Shown here: positions 36,971 through 49,633 of the stretch, piece by piece
How positions within the stretch are numbered: position 1 is the first letter of the stretch
Layout of the letters: each line of letters starts with the position of its first letter
Source of the DNA: Felis catus
Lineage: Eukaryota
Length of the DNA stretch: 64,000 nucleotides
Direction of reading: 5' to 3'
NCBI RefSeq assembly: GCF_018350175.1
Contig: NC_058368.1
Location: 115,012,001-115,076,000 of the forward strand
Program-made: the position numbers and the translations under genes
The notes under the pieces: model-generated
The model's database searches: none
Seen by the model: the letters and a program-made list of their open reading frames with translations, nothing else
What the model was told of the DNA's origin: nothing

Positions 36971-39207
36971 CACTGCAGTACCCTTCCCCCACCCCCAAGC
37001 TTTCCTTATCATGCTGTTTCCTCACTACACTCCCCATGGGAGTGCACAGTAACCCCTATAAATGGGTCCCCCATAGTGTCATTCTCTTAGCTCAAACGTT
37101 CCACAGGCTTCCTTTCCAGTAAAAGCTGAAGTCCTAAATGATGGGCATGGTCTCTTGCCTGTCTGGCCTTTAACTCTTGGCATTCACCCTTTGCACTTGT
37201 GCTCCAGCTGCCTGAAGGGCACTTCCCCCAGAGATTTCCCTGTGCTTCCTTAGGGTCTCTTTCAGGCATCTTGTTGAAAGTTCTCTGACCTGCAACACCT
37301 CCTCTGATGATGCCCTACCCTGCCCTCTCTTCACAGTGTGTGTATCTGGGTGGGAATCCATTTTGTTCCTCACTGACTTTCCAAGGCCCTAGTCACAGAG
37401 TGAGCAGCTGCCCTGGGACAGCCAGCAGGGCTGAGCCCATAAGGCACTGGCCTCCTTTTGCTCAGTCCCTCCCTGGGCTGAGTCGGGACCCACACTTGGG
37501 CCGTTCCCAAAGCTTTTGTTGCCATCATTTGGTTTCAGTCCACAACTCTTCCACCCTGAGCTCTGATCTAAGTCTGTCCCCTGTTATTTCATCACCCGAC
37601 CTGCTGGCTGCCCTACAGCCTCACCCCCTTCCCATCCCAGCTTCCCCCTCAACCCATCCACTGCTCTCCAGCAGAGTCCAACTCCCCACTTATCATCTGA
37701 GCTGCTGCAAAGCTTCTTACATCAGCCTACCTCAGCCCCCAACATCCATTATCCATTCTCACCTAATAGCAAAGGAATCTTCTGGAAATATCTCAAGAGT
37801 CAACAAGCAGGTGTCTCTGCAGAACCTGGCAGACTGTGGCACTGTGACCCTGCCCTAAGTACCCAACTGCCTCCTGGAGGCGGTTCCTGGGACACCTCTG
37901 TGCTCCCCTGTCACAAGCATGTCCTGGTCATCACCTTTGCCATATGGTCATCCCAGGCTTAATACCATTACTTACTTTAAAAGATGAACTTACTTCTCTT
38001 CCTCCTAAGCAGTATCTGGAATCATCTTGATGTGCTATTTTTTTTTCTAGCATACATTCAGATAACATTTTAATAAATGTTCGTGTATCACCTAAAAACT
38101 TCTTGTACCACAGTGGTGAACACCGGCCCACAGCTTTCCCCGCTCCCTCAGGCCCTGACCCGGCCCTCTCCACCACAGCCCTTGTTACATCGGTACAGGC
38201 GCTCATGGGACCACTCTGCATTCCGCTGAGAACACAGTGTCAGTCTTGTTCAGCCTACTGTCCAGCAAAGCACCTGGCACGTGCTTGAGAAAGAGCTGCT
38301 GACCCATTCGCTGATTTAAACCTTCTAGCAGAAGATAAATGGAAGGCACAAAACAGGCAAGTGAGGAGACAGCAGAAATCCTCACAGGAAATTTCCTGCC
38401 AGGAAATCCTCACAGGCCACGATCTAAAGCTGCATGGCCCAGGCTGAGGCAGAGGGAGACTTGCCCCACCGCCTCCTTGGGGGGTATTCACTCCACCTTT
38501 GCCACAAAAACTGTTTCCCCTCACCATCCTGAGGCTTCTTGCTTCTCAGTCAGGGCAGACATAACCCTGGGTTACCTCCCTCAGGTAAGACCTGACCAGC
38601 TCCCTTCCTGAGGGCACCTCACCAGCCTGGCCACTGCCTGCACATAGGGCTGCAGAGCCTGGTGATCGCCCTGCGGTGCCCCCATGGCCCCCGACAGGCA
38701 CTTCAAAGGTCTCACCTAATTCTCACCACTGAACGATCACTCAACCCCGCTGAGGGAAGAGAGAAGCTGCCACGGGCTGAGTACCCCCACCCCAACCCGC
38801 CTCATCCTAACAACCTGTAAGGGTTGGTGCTGTTACCAACCCTCTGACTTTACAGCTGAGGGGACTGGGTCACAGAGTTGTGAAGCCCGTCTCCCGAATC
38901 CACAAAAGTCTGCCTCTGAGCTTCAAGATCTAATACTCCTAAAGCCTCAGACGACCATCCCTTCTGGGCCACACACAAGACAGGGCAGGGGCATGATGCA
39001 CCCCCGCCCCAGCTTTTCTCCCAGGAGGCTGCCTCACGCCCCCACATCCCTGCACCCGGTCCTTGGGGCTCTTGGGGCCCCTGGCCAACTCAAGGGTTGT
39101 GCCCAACTCTCCCTTCCAGTTCCTGCCTCCCAGGATTTCCTTCCTCCTCCATCTTTCTCATCAGCAGACAAAATCTGATAGACCCCACAGTTATTAATAC
39201 AAGGACA

Positions 39208-39412
39208 GGGGTGCCTGGGTGGCTCAGTTTGGTTAAATATCTAACTTTGGTTAGATACTTATGATCTCATGGCTCGTGAGTTTGAGCCGCGTGTTGGGCT
39301 CTGTGCTGACAGCTTGAAGCCTGGAGCCTGCTGCTTCAGGTTGTCTGTCTCTCTGCCCCTCCCCTGCTCGCATTGTCTCTCTCTCAAATATAAAATTAAA
39401 AACAAAAAAAAA
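39208..39412 (+). mobile_element. Can-SINE
   Basis: GGGGTGCCTGGGTGGCTCAG head, CT-rich body and A tail. CAAGGACA on both flanks. Confidence 0.93.
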
Positions 39413-40137
39413 GGCAAGGACAATACAAAGAGCTTCCTTTGAGTCCCATGTCCTGCTCCATGCACACTTCAGGCCCACTTCTCGCCCTTCTCCCCAGCGC
39501 ACACCATCCTGGCCAGCCTCCTCTTTAGTGGCATGTGATGCTGGGGGACGCTCAGTCCCTGTGTGTCCCACACCCGTCCCCCATCCCTGGCCCTGATCTT
39601 GTCTCCCGGCTCCTTCTCCTCTTGACCTCTAATGCTGAGGTGACCAGGCCTCAAACCTTGGTCCTCTTGACCTCCTTGTGTGATGGTTCCTAGGTCATGG
39701 GCTGCTGGGAAATGCTTAACCACCAGCTTTCCAGGATGGGGAGGGAAGGGGCTGCATACACACATTTGTTTATTACACATTTTACTCCTACAAAGGGATT
39801 GTAGTACCCAATTCACAAATAACCAAATATACAATACTCTTTACTATAAATTTATATGGCCAACTTCATTCTCATGAAAGGCTTTCAGTGACTTTTGCTG
39901 AAATTGCATCCATACCCAACCTATGGTTGCCACAGACAAATGATTCTAGTTCTGCCATGAAAGTTGGTTGCTATTCTGTTTTCCTTAAGGAGCAAGAAGA
40001 AGGTGAAGCAACAGTAACATATGATGGAATCACACTTGTTCATGAATGACTTCTCTGCTCAATCAGATAATAGCTGTCAAATACTGTAAGACAACATCAT
40101 CAATTTTTTTGTGCTGTCTATAGATGCCCCACTTTTA

Positions 40138-40265
40138 ACTTTTTTTTGTTTATTTTTGGGACAGAGAGAGACAGAGCATGAACGGGGGAGGGGCAGAGAG
40201 AGAGGGAGACACAGAATCGGAAACAGGCTCCAGGCTCCGAGCCATCAGCCCAGAGCCTGACGCGG
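40138..40265 (-). mobile_element. 5'-truncated Can-SINE
   Basis: Only the 3' half is present. Perfect 17-bp TSD TAGATGCCCCACTTTTA at 40121-40137 and 40266-40282. Confidence 0.95.
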
Positions 40266-40515
40266 TAGATGCCCCACTTTTAGGTTTAATAGGCAGTATG
40301 AACATTTTCTTGATCACTTTAAGTCTAGATAATCAACACAACAATAAATCAAGTCTGGATTTGTAGTATTTCCTACATTGCACGGTATAAAGACACCCAC
40401 ATGAGATTTTCAGCCACCAGCATGATGTCCTGAAGGTGGAGTTGGGAAGGTAAGCACTGGAGGGCACCGTTATGTAGTATTTCCACCACCCAGATAGGAC
40501 AGACAGATGTGAGTA

Positions 40516-40797
40516 CAGCTGACTCCTGAATGCCCCCCCCATGTATCAAATATCCCCCTGTAACCCTTGATTCCCCCAAAACTTAACTACTAATAGCCTA
40601 CTGGGAAGCCTTACCCATACCTTAAACAGTTGACAAACACATATGTCACATATGACACATGTCAAACACATATGACAAACACATATGTTTCTCTTAAGAG
40701 AAAATACATGGAAATTACCGTACTGTATTTGTAAAGAAAAAATCAGCACATAAACAGACCCGCTCAATTCAAACCCATGTTGTTCAAGGGTCAGCTG
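40516..40797. mobile_element. Tigger2-family (Tigger2a/MER8/MER28-like) non-autonomous DNA transposon
   Basis: TIRs CAGCTGACTCCTGAA and TTCAAGGGTCAGCTG, flanked by TA on both sides. Confidence 0.85.
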
Positions 40798-41390
40798 TAA
40801 TCTTAAGAGTATAGATGATAATTAGTAAAGGATGAGTTTTGAATGTTTATTGCTTAAAGTTTTAATTTTACATACAGTAAAACTCACTTCTGGTGTACAA
40901 GTGTACGGATTTGGACAAATACACAGAGTTGCATAACCACCACAGTCAAGGTACAGAAGAGTTCCATCCCCCTGCAGATTCCCTGAGCTAGCCCAATGTA
41001 GAAGAAACGCCCCGTAAGTCCTAGCCAAACCATTTCCTTGGAGTTTTATCTTTTCTCGAATGTCATATTAATGGAATTGTGTGGCATGTAGCCTTTTGAG
41101 TCTGGCTTCTTTCACTCAGCATCATGTGTTTCCAATGTACGTCAATCACCAGCTCACTGCTTCCTGCTGCAGAGCACTGCCTGCATGGCCCAGTTTGTCT
41201 ATCCAGTTACCAGATGAGGGACATTTGAATTGTTTGTAGGTTTGTTTGTTTGTTTAACAAATAAAGGTGATATAAACATTTGTGTAAAGCTTTTGTATAA
41301 ACCTAGATGTTTATTTTGGGTAAATACCTAGGAGTGAGACTGGTATCTTATACGGTAAAGTATACAACTTTATAAGAAACTACCAAACCA

Positions 41391-41620
41391 GGGGCGCCTG
41401 GGTGGCTCAGTTGGTTAAGCATCTAACTTCAGCTCAGGTCATGATCTCACGGTTTTTGAGACTACGTCAGGCTCTGTGCTGAAGCTCAGAGCCTGGAGCC
41501 TGCTTTGGATTCTGTCTCCCTCTCTCTCTGCCCCCCTCCCGTGCCCCCATCCATGATCTGTCTCTCTCTCTCTCTCTCTCTCTCGCTCAAAAAATAAAAA
41601 TTAAAAAATAAAAAAAAAGA
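41391..41620 (+). mobile_element. Can-SINE inserted in old L1M
   Basis: Typical head, (CT)n and A tail. AAGAAACTACCA on both flanks. Confidence 0.94.
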
Positions 41621-42635
41621 AAAGAAACTACCAGACTATTTTCCATATTCGCTACATCATTTTGCATTCCCGAGGGGAATGTGTTTATTCCAATCATGCT
41701 GCATCCTCACCAGAATGTGGTGGTGTCAAGTTTTTTATTTAGGTTTTTAATTTTCATTTTAAGCCATTTTCATAGATATGTCATAGTATCTTGTGGCTTT
41801 AATTTGCATTTCCCTAACAACTAATGATGGTGAGTGCCTCTTGACATGCTTGTCTGTCACTTGTGTATCTTCTTTGGAGAAATGTCTTTTCAAATCTCTT
41901 GCCTTTTTTTTTTTTAATTGGGTTGACTTTTTTTATTGATGAGTTTTGAGGATTATAAATTATGGATATGAGGCCTTTTCAGGTATGTGATTTACACTTA
42001 TTTTCCCCCTGTTTATGGCTTATCTTTTTATTTTCTTCATTTCCTTCACAGAAGAAGCTTTTAACTTTGATGTAATCTCATGTTTTCATTTTTCACTTTC
42101 TGAATTGTACATTTGGGGTTGTATTTAAGAAATCTTAGCCTTACTCAAGGTCACAAAGACTCCTTTCCTGTTTTATTCTAAAAGTTCTGTAATTTTCCAT
42201 TTGGGTCTATGATTGGAACTAACTTTTGAGTGAAATAAGAAGACAGGTAGAGGTCAAGGTTCATTGTAAAAGACATGACTGTCCAGTTGTCTCAGCACTG
42301 TTTATCAAAAAGACAAACGCTTCTCCACTGAAATGTCTTTGTACCTTTGTCAAAAATCCAGTAACTATATTGGTGTGGGTGTATTTCTATTTACTGTGAT
42401 TCACGGGTCTGTTCTTGATTACCCCATCTTTGTGGTCAGACTTAACACCAGCCGGTGTGAGTCCTCCAACATTTTCCTCTTTTTCAAGACTGTTAGCTAT
42501 TCCCATTCCTTTGCATTTCCATGTAAATTTTCAAATCCTACTCTCGAGATCTAAAAAATTCCTGCTGGGATTGAACTGAATCTATAGATTAATTCGGGGG
42601 GTGGAGGAAAGTCTTCCAACCCATGAATCCATTTA

Positions 42636-42958
42636 TAGTTGAGGCTTGAACAACACAGGTTTGAACTGCACACATCCACTTATAGGTGGATTTTTTTCAA
42701 TAAATATGAAGAGCACTGTAAATGTGTTTTCTTTTCCTTAGGTTTTTCCTTAATAACATTTTCTTTTCTCTAGTTTATTGTAATATATAATACATATAAC
42801 ATACAAAATATGTGTAAATTGGCTATGTTACTGGTAAGGCTTCTGGTCAATAGTAGGCTGTTAGTAGTTAAGTTTATGAGAAGTCAAACTTTATACACAG
42901 ATTTTCAATTGCACCGGGGGTCAGAACACCAACCTCCACACTGTTCAAGGGTCAACTG
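42636..42958. mobile_element. Tigger2-family element, opposite orientation to the 40516 copy
   Basis: TIRs TAGTTGAGGCTTGAACA and TGTTCAAGGGTCAACTG with TA TSD. Internal tagtaggctgttagtagttaagttt is near the reverse complement of aaacttaactactaatagcctact in the other copy. Confidence 0.85.
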
Positions 42959-43058
42959 TATTTAGATCTTATTTCTTTCATTAGTGTTTTAGTTTTCGGC
43001 ATAAAAATCCTGCACATATATTGCCAGATTTATGCCTATTTGTTTCGGTGCTACTGTA

Positions 43059-43301
43059 TTTTTTAAAAAATTTTTGAGAGAGAGGGAGTGAATGCATGTG
43101 AGTGGGAGACACATTTTTTTCTTAATTTTTTTTTAGAGAGAGCTCAAGCAGGGAAGAGGGCAGAGGGAGAGAGAGAATCTTAAACAGGCTCCACACTCAG
43201 CACAGGGCTATACGCAAGGCTCAATCCCACAACCCAAGGATCACGGCATGAACCAAAATCAAGAGTCAGATGCTCAACCGACTGAGTAATCCAGGCGCCT
43301 C
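43059..43301 (-). mobile_element. Older Can-SINE with an extra 3' tail segment
   Basis: Diverged head near 43300. TSD GGTGCTACTGTA at 43047-43058 and 43304-43315. Confidence 0.88.
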
Positions 43302-43345
43302 TGGGTGCTACTGTAAATGGTACTCTTTTTAAAATCTTGCTTTCA

Positions 43346-43578
43346 GGGGCGCCTGGGTGGTGGTTCAGTCAGATGAGCATCTGACTTCGGCTCAGGTCAT
43401 GATCTTGTGGTTTAGAGTTCAAGCCTCATGTCGGGCTCTGTGCTGAGAGCTCGGATTCTGTTTCGAGCTGTGTCTGCTTCGGATTCTATGTCTCCCTCTC
43501 TCTCTTCCCCTCCCCTGCTCAATGCTCTGTCTCGCTCTGTCTCAAAAATAAATACAAACATTAAAAAAAATTTTTTTA
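43346..43578 (+). mobile_element. Can-SINE
   Basis: GGGGCGCCTGGGTGG head and A-rich tail. AAATCTTG on both flanks. Confidence 0.93.
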
Positions 43579-44542
43579 AATCTTGTTCTCAATTGTTCCT
43601 TGCTAGTATACAGAAATATAATTGATTTTTGTACATTACCTTATATCTTGTATTCTTGCTAAACTCGCCGTCAGTTCTATGAGATTTTTGTACATCGCAT
43701 GGGATTTTCTACATCACGTGTCTTCATAAATAGAGAGAGTTTTATTTCTTCTTTTTCATTCTGTATGTCTTTTCATTTTCTTGCCTTAATACAGTGCCCA
43801 GGACTTCTGGTACAATATTTAAAAAGGAGAGAAAAAGAGAGCAGAGGGCACTGGCATTCTTGCCTTATTTGTAACGTGAGGGAGAAACAAATCAGTCTTT
43901 GACCATGATGTCTGCTATTTGTGATAGGTTTTTATGTGGCTTCCCTTCATCAGGTTAACAAAGTTCTCCTTCCATCCCTAATTTGCTGAGAGTTTTTATT
44001 ATGAATAGATAGTTAATTTTGTCCAATGTTTTATCTGCATCTACTGAGATGAATGTGAGGCTTTTTCTTCTTTAGTCTGTTAACATGGGGGGTTGTGTTG
44101 AACTAGCCTTGTATTCCCAAGATAAACCCCTGCAATATGTTCGACTTGTTAATATCCTGTTGAGGAGTTCTGCACTGAGGATTTTGGTAGGCACCTTAGG
44201 AAAATCTCAAGTCCTTAATGCTGCCTCCAAGATCTCCCCTCTCCAATGCCCCTTGACCTATTACTTACAAAGAAAACTGGTCTCCTGAGGTGTTTCTTAT
44301 CCTATCCTTGTCCAGTATTGGAATCAGAGTGATGCTGGCCTCGTGAAATGAGTTTGGGAGTGGATGCTCCTATATTCAGGAACAGACTGTAGAATTGTTA
44401 TTATTTGATAGAATTTGTAGATGAAACTATCTGAGTCTGGAGATTTCTTTGTGGGAAGGTTTTAAACCACGAATTCAATTTAATAGATATAAGACTAAAT
44501 GATTATCTGTTTTTTCTTGATTGAGTTTTGGTAATTTGTGTT

Positions 44543-45019
44543 TGTGGGAGAAAGAATAATGGCTCCCCAAAGATCTTCTCATCCTCCTCCTTGTAATCTA
44601 TAAATATATTACATGGCAAAAGGGAATTAGGGTTGCTAATCAACTGATTTTAAACAGATGATCCTGCATTATCCAGGTGGGCCCAGTATAATCACACAGG
44701 CCTTAAAGTAGAAAAGGAAGGCAGGAGATTGTGTGTGTCACAGGAGAGAGAGGCTGACTGGCATTGCTAGTTTTGAAGCTGGAGGACGGGGGCCACAAGC
44801 CAAGGATGAAGGTAGCCTCCAGTAGCTGGAAAAGGCAAGGAAATGGATCCTACTCAGCGCCTACTGGAAGGAATGCAGGCCTGCTGATGACTTTGGGTTT
44901 TGCCCTGCAAGAACTGGGTCTGATTTCTGACCTACAGAACCATGGTAGAGCAAATTTGGGTTGTTTTTGGGTATGAAGTTCATGGTAATCTGTTAGAGAA
45001 GCACAAGAAAAGTAATGCA
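44543..45019 (+). mobile_element. MLT1-type solo LTR inside the L1M
   Basis: TGTGGGAGAAAGAATAATGGCTCCCCAAAGA start, attatccaggtgggcc and gctggaaaaggcaaggaaatggat internally, CA end. Confidence 0.82.
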
Positions 45020-45339
45020 ATGAAAGATAGTATTTTCAAGGAACTAGTCCATCATTTCTTTGAAGTTGTCAAATTCATGGACCTAGTGTTGACTATAGTG
45101 TTCACTCATTATCCTTTTAATACCTGTAGGGTCTATAGTGATATCCTCTCTTTAATTCCTGAGATGGATAATTTGTGTCTTCTTTTTTCAAAGAACTGCC
45201 TTTCATTTCCTTGATTTTCTCTAGCTTTCTATCTTCATTTTTATTGGTTTCTGCCCTTATCTATATTATTGCCTTTTCTTCTGCTTTCTTTGGGTTTAAA
45301 TGTAGCTCTTCTGCTCCTCTTTTGCTGGTTTTCAAAAAC

Positions 45340-45435
45340 TACCTTTGCTTTTTTTTTAATATGTCATTTAATTTTGTTTATATAACTTGATTTCTGACAG
45401 TGGATGTGTTGAACAAGCAGCTCTCAACGTTTCTG
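45340..45435. mobile_element. MER63-like relic, right part
   Basis: Appears to continue the consensus after the L1M (tttatataacttgatttctgacagtggatgtgttgaacaagcagctctca). Confidence 0.6.
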
Positions 45436-48129
45436 ACCCCCACACGGCATGCACTGCTGTCGGCTCTGTCCTCTTGGGCCAGCTCTCGCCCAGGCTGCAG
45501 ACTGCATGCAGGTCAGCATCCCTGGCTTGCATGTCCAGCCGACTGCTCAGCATGGACCAGCCCAAACAACATCTACCATCAGGTCCCGATGGCTCCCACA
45601 GGCAGCGCCCCCCCACGCCCCCCGAGTGAGGCTTCACCCCTGACCTCTTTCCTCTCAGTCACAGGCCGGCAGGCTGCATGTCCTGTAAGCTCTATCTTTA
45701 AAACACATCTAGGTCTGAGCGCTTGGCACCGCCTTCTCTCTCATTACCCCGGATGATACCACATCGACTCCCACGTGGCTCTGCACCAGACACGCACTGG
45801 GCCACGTGCTGTCTGTTCTCACACTCAACAAGAGGGATCCGATTAAAGTGTCAGCGCCGTCAGGTCCCTCCTGGGCCCACAGCTTTCTAGTGGCCCCATC
45901 GCGAAGAAAAACCTCAAGTCCTGGCCACAGCTAGCAGTATCTGCCCTCCCGAGTTGACTCTTCTCACCACACTGACTCTGGCTCTCCCTCTAACACCCTG
46001 CCGTATTCCTGCTTCTACTATGTCTCCCATCTGCAAAGCACTGCCCTGGATGCCCCACGGCTCACTGCTTTGCTTCCTTCTGTTCACGCTGCATGTCCTC
46101 AGAGAGGCCTTCCCTGACGGACCCTGATACTCTATCCCCTTGTACTTTATTTTTCTTAGCACTCACTGCCCGGCATCATATTATACACTTGTCATGGTCT
46201 GCCCCTCCCCGCACTGTTCCGCTGGCCACCTCGCACCCTGTCCTATAGATGGAGTAGTACTAAGTCAGAATGAAAGAGGAAACAAATGAGACTGCAGCAG
46301 CTAGGAGAATGCCTACAACCCACTCCTTGCTTCCCCCTCGATCTTAAGACTGATGAGGCAATGGACAAGATGTGTATGTGGCTCTACTTGGCCCCTCCCC
46401 ACCATCATTTCTTCCAGCTCTACTGAACATGTGGGTTCCTCAAATGGAGATCTCTCTCTCTCTCTCACCATAAATCTTCCTCTAGCTCCTTGGGCCTGAA
46501 ACCTTTCCCCACCTCAGCTGGCTTGTTCTCCAAGTGTCCTTCAAGTCTCAGCTTGGCTATCACTGGCTCTGGGGGGCCTCCCCTGACCCACCGAACTAGA
46601 GTCAGGGGCCTCCTCAGCTCGAAATGACCCAGGCCTTCCCTGTCAGAGTACATGTCACACTGCGACTGCCTCCCTCACCAGAATGTGAGCTCCTTGACAG
46701 CAGGGCTTGTGGCTTACCAACCTCAGAACCCTGGGGCCTAACAAGGGCTAAGGGCTTAACTAACACAGTGTGAATGGAAGAATGAATGAACAACTGAATT
46801 AATAAAAACCAAGTTTTGCTGAAGGAAGGGGGAAGGGGGGGCCAAGGACCAGCACTCCACTCCCCATCCCTGTCATCCTCCAACATAGATGCACTGATTC
46901 AGCCACGTCGAGGAGCAGGTAAGCAATAATAACCCAGGGCCTATGGGGTGTCAGCCAGTCAGAGCTCTCCATCCTGTCCTTGCCATAAGGCCCTAGTGCA
47001 TGACAGGAGCAGGAGAAGAGGAGAGTAGCCTCCAGGCCCTGGCAGGAAGAGGTCACATCACCTCGAGTTCTGGTGGCTACAGTCCCCATTACCACTTCCT
47101 AACTCAGCCCAGGTCATACTGGTTGGCCACAGTTCCCAGGATGGCACCCAAAGGGAGGGCAGAGAAAGGCTCCTTCTGGACCTGTAGACAATAGTCAATG
47201 ACAAGCTGGGTGCTGTAACCAGAACCCACAGCCAAGCAGCCAGGGCCCAAGTCCTGGGTCACAGTGCTGCCTCTGTCCCAGAGGGTCTGCTTCAGGACCC
47301 AGGACATCAGAGACCAGTAAGAGAACAGTGCAGACCAAACTTTACCCTCCCAAGGTCTAGTCTGTGTGTATGTGGAGTGGAGAACAGAGTTGTAGCAATC
47401 CACTCACCCGGCCTGTGGGCTCAGCAATGTGGCTCTGGTATGGCTGCCCTCACCAGAGCCCCCAGACGCTCCTTCTTCAGTCCCAGTGACTCTCACAACG
47501 CCAAAGAGCTCACGGCGCAAAGTCTCCTTTCAGCTTTATAGTTACGTCATTTTGTGCGGCATACGTGAGGATGAAGAGATACTGGGGTCCTCAATTAAGC
47601 TCCTACTATTGTTATTCCTTCCATGGGGAGGAATATCCCCATATCCTTCCCATATCCCAGATCAGACTCTGGAAGTTACAAAGGACTCAAGGGCTCTGGG
47701 GACCCCCAGCCCCAGCTGCTACTAGCCCAGGTCAGCCCAAGGGCTCCCTCCACACCTAGCATGCTCTTGCCAGCCTTTGCTCAAAGGTGTACCTGCTCCC
47801 ACAACCTCAGTGCTCACCTCTGCCAGGATGAGACCCATACCAGACTTTTCCCCAACCCTGAGTCCTCCTCATTCGCAGCATAGGCTGGGGCATCCCCATC
47901 CTTCCTACTCCCTGTCTCAAATCCACCCACAAAGTCTGCTGATACTATCTTTAAAGGGATCCTTGACCTTGGCCTTAGCCAGGCCCAGCACCTCCTTTCT
48001 GAACCCTGCCCTGCTCCATCACAGAACAGCTGCTCTGCCATCCAGCCTGGTCCTCCCTCCCACGACTGCCGGTCAAATTCAACACTGTCACCTTCTGAGC
48101 CACATAATCAAGCCTTTCACGGTGAAACC

Positions 48130-48270
48130 AAATTCTATTTCTGCCACAAGCTGTGTGACCTCAGGCAGACCATTTAGCCTCTCTGAGCCATGATCTCATC
48201 TGTAAAATGTATTTTGAAGGTGATTTAGAGGTTTTAACGGCAGTGAGGCAGAAAGCACCCAATACATGAT
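48130..48270 (+). mobile_element. MIR SINE fragment (similar MIR fragments near 20300, 24200, 49200, 50350 and 58720)
   Basis: MIR core gctgtgtgacctcaggcagaccatttagcctctctgagcc...ctcatctgtaaaatg. Confidence 0.75.
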
Positions 48271-49464
48271 AGACTTTGTGTTTGATCCCCACTATGCCCA
48301 AGCCCTGAGGCTTCCTACCCTGGCACAACAGGCTCCTGCTTCCCTCCTGCCCCCTGGGAGGGTTGTTTGCAGGCAAGAGCTCTCTCCCAAGCTTCCTGTG
48401 TGCTGTCGTATGAGGTGGGCAGGAGAGGGTGTAAGGCTGAACAAAGGGACCACAGGGAAGGAAATTGCCCACTACCGCATGTTTCTCAGGACCTCAGTTT
48501 CCCCTCAGCTCAGTGAAGCTGTGATTTCTATATGCAAGGCCAGGATGGGGAGATTTCTACATGGAGGCCAGGAGGGGCTGCCTGAGCAGCAGGAGAGAGC
48601 CTGTGATGCATTGGGAAAGGCTGAAAAACAAAAGCACCAGAATCCAAATCAGGAAAGCCCAGGGCCGGGGTTGCCGTGGCAACCTGCAGCAGGCTCCCAG
48701 CCTGGCACTCAGCCTCTGTGGGGTGGGGGCCGGGACTTGCCAGGCTCGGCTGCCCCCGCCTTCGAGGCCTCCTCCACAGAGTACCTCAGCTGACACGGGG
48801 GAGGGGCTGGGGCACAGAGCCACACCTCTGCCCTGTCAGGTGGGCCACAGTTCTAGCTTTAGCGAGATCACTCCTCTCCAAGAGTAAGGCCTACACACCC
48901 AAGGGCTTCCTGAGAGCCACAAGCCACCCCCAATCCTTCCACCACCCAGGCCCAGCACCAATTGCTCCACCCTAGCCCACAAGCTGCCTGGGCTGACACA
49001 GCACTCAGGCTTCCACCACTGCCAGTGGCCTCAAGGTTAATACTTGAGACTATAGTACAGCGTCCGTGAGATGACCCCCCAGACCTTCCCTCAGAGCCAG
49101 GTGGGGGAAAGAACGAGCTTGGATGCCAGATCCTGATGCAGTGCTTTATGCATGTTTTCTCTCACTTAATGGCACTCCCCTATGACAGTTGAGAAAACAG
49201 GGTCAGGAGAAGGTAAATGACTTCCCAAGGTCGCAGAGCTACTGGTCGTTAAAGAGCTGGTGCCAGCCAGGGTTTTCCAACTCCTGAGCCCGGACCGTTC
49301 CTATGGAGCCTATTACTAGATGCTGTGGGCTTACCATCCGGCATGTCATCAGGGGCCCCTCAGTGGCCTGTCACCCAACAACCTGCCTAACTGCCCAAGG
49401 GGGCTCCCAGACACAGCCCCCCAACCACACGACTGTGCCCCACCTAAAGAGACACAAAACAGAC

Positions 49465-49633
49465 AATGGCTCTCATGCCTCCATTTAATGGCCAAGGCAG
49501 CACTGCCCAGATGATACTCAGGCCCCAGTAAGGAAGTCCTCCCTTCTGCCTGGTATCCCCTAAAGAGCCCACCCAAGCTGGTGCCCAACAGTCTCACCAG
49601 TGCCCCGGTCCAGTCCTGGTGTTAGGGGCAATC
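49465..49633 (-). other. SIL1: SIL1 short 3' UTR (end approximate)
   Basis: Lies between the TGA and the inferred cleavage site about 20 nt past ATTAAA. Confidence 0.75.
49484..49489 (-). terminator. SIL1 poly(A) signal ATTAAA
   Basis: tttaat on the + strand. A GU-rich downstream element (ttgtctgttttgtgtctc on -) lies at about 49449-49466. Confidence 0.8.

Larger units (their letters stand above)
39695..40852. mobile_element. MER63-like hAT DNA transposon relic, left part
   Basis: aagtctagataatcaacacaacaataaatcaagtctggatttgtag...gagttgggaag resembles the recalled MER63 consensus. Interrupted by a SINE and a Tigger. Confidence 0.7.
40853..45340 (-). mobile_element. Old L1M of about 4.5 kb including nested insertions (boundaries approximate)
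   Basis: T-rich antisense L1 passages: gtggctttaatttgcatttccctaa, attgaactgaatctatagattaatt, tgctggcctcgtgaaatgagtttgggag. Confidence 0.8.
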
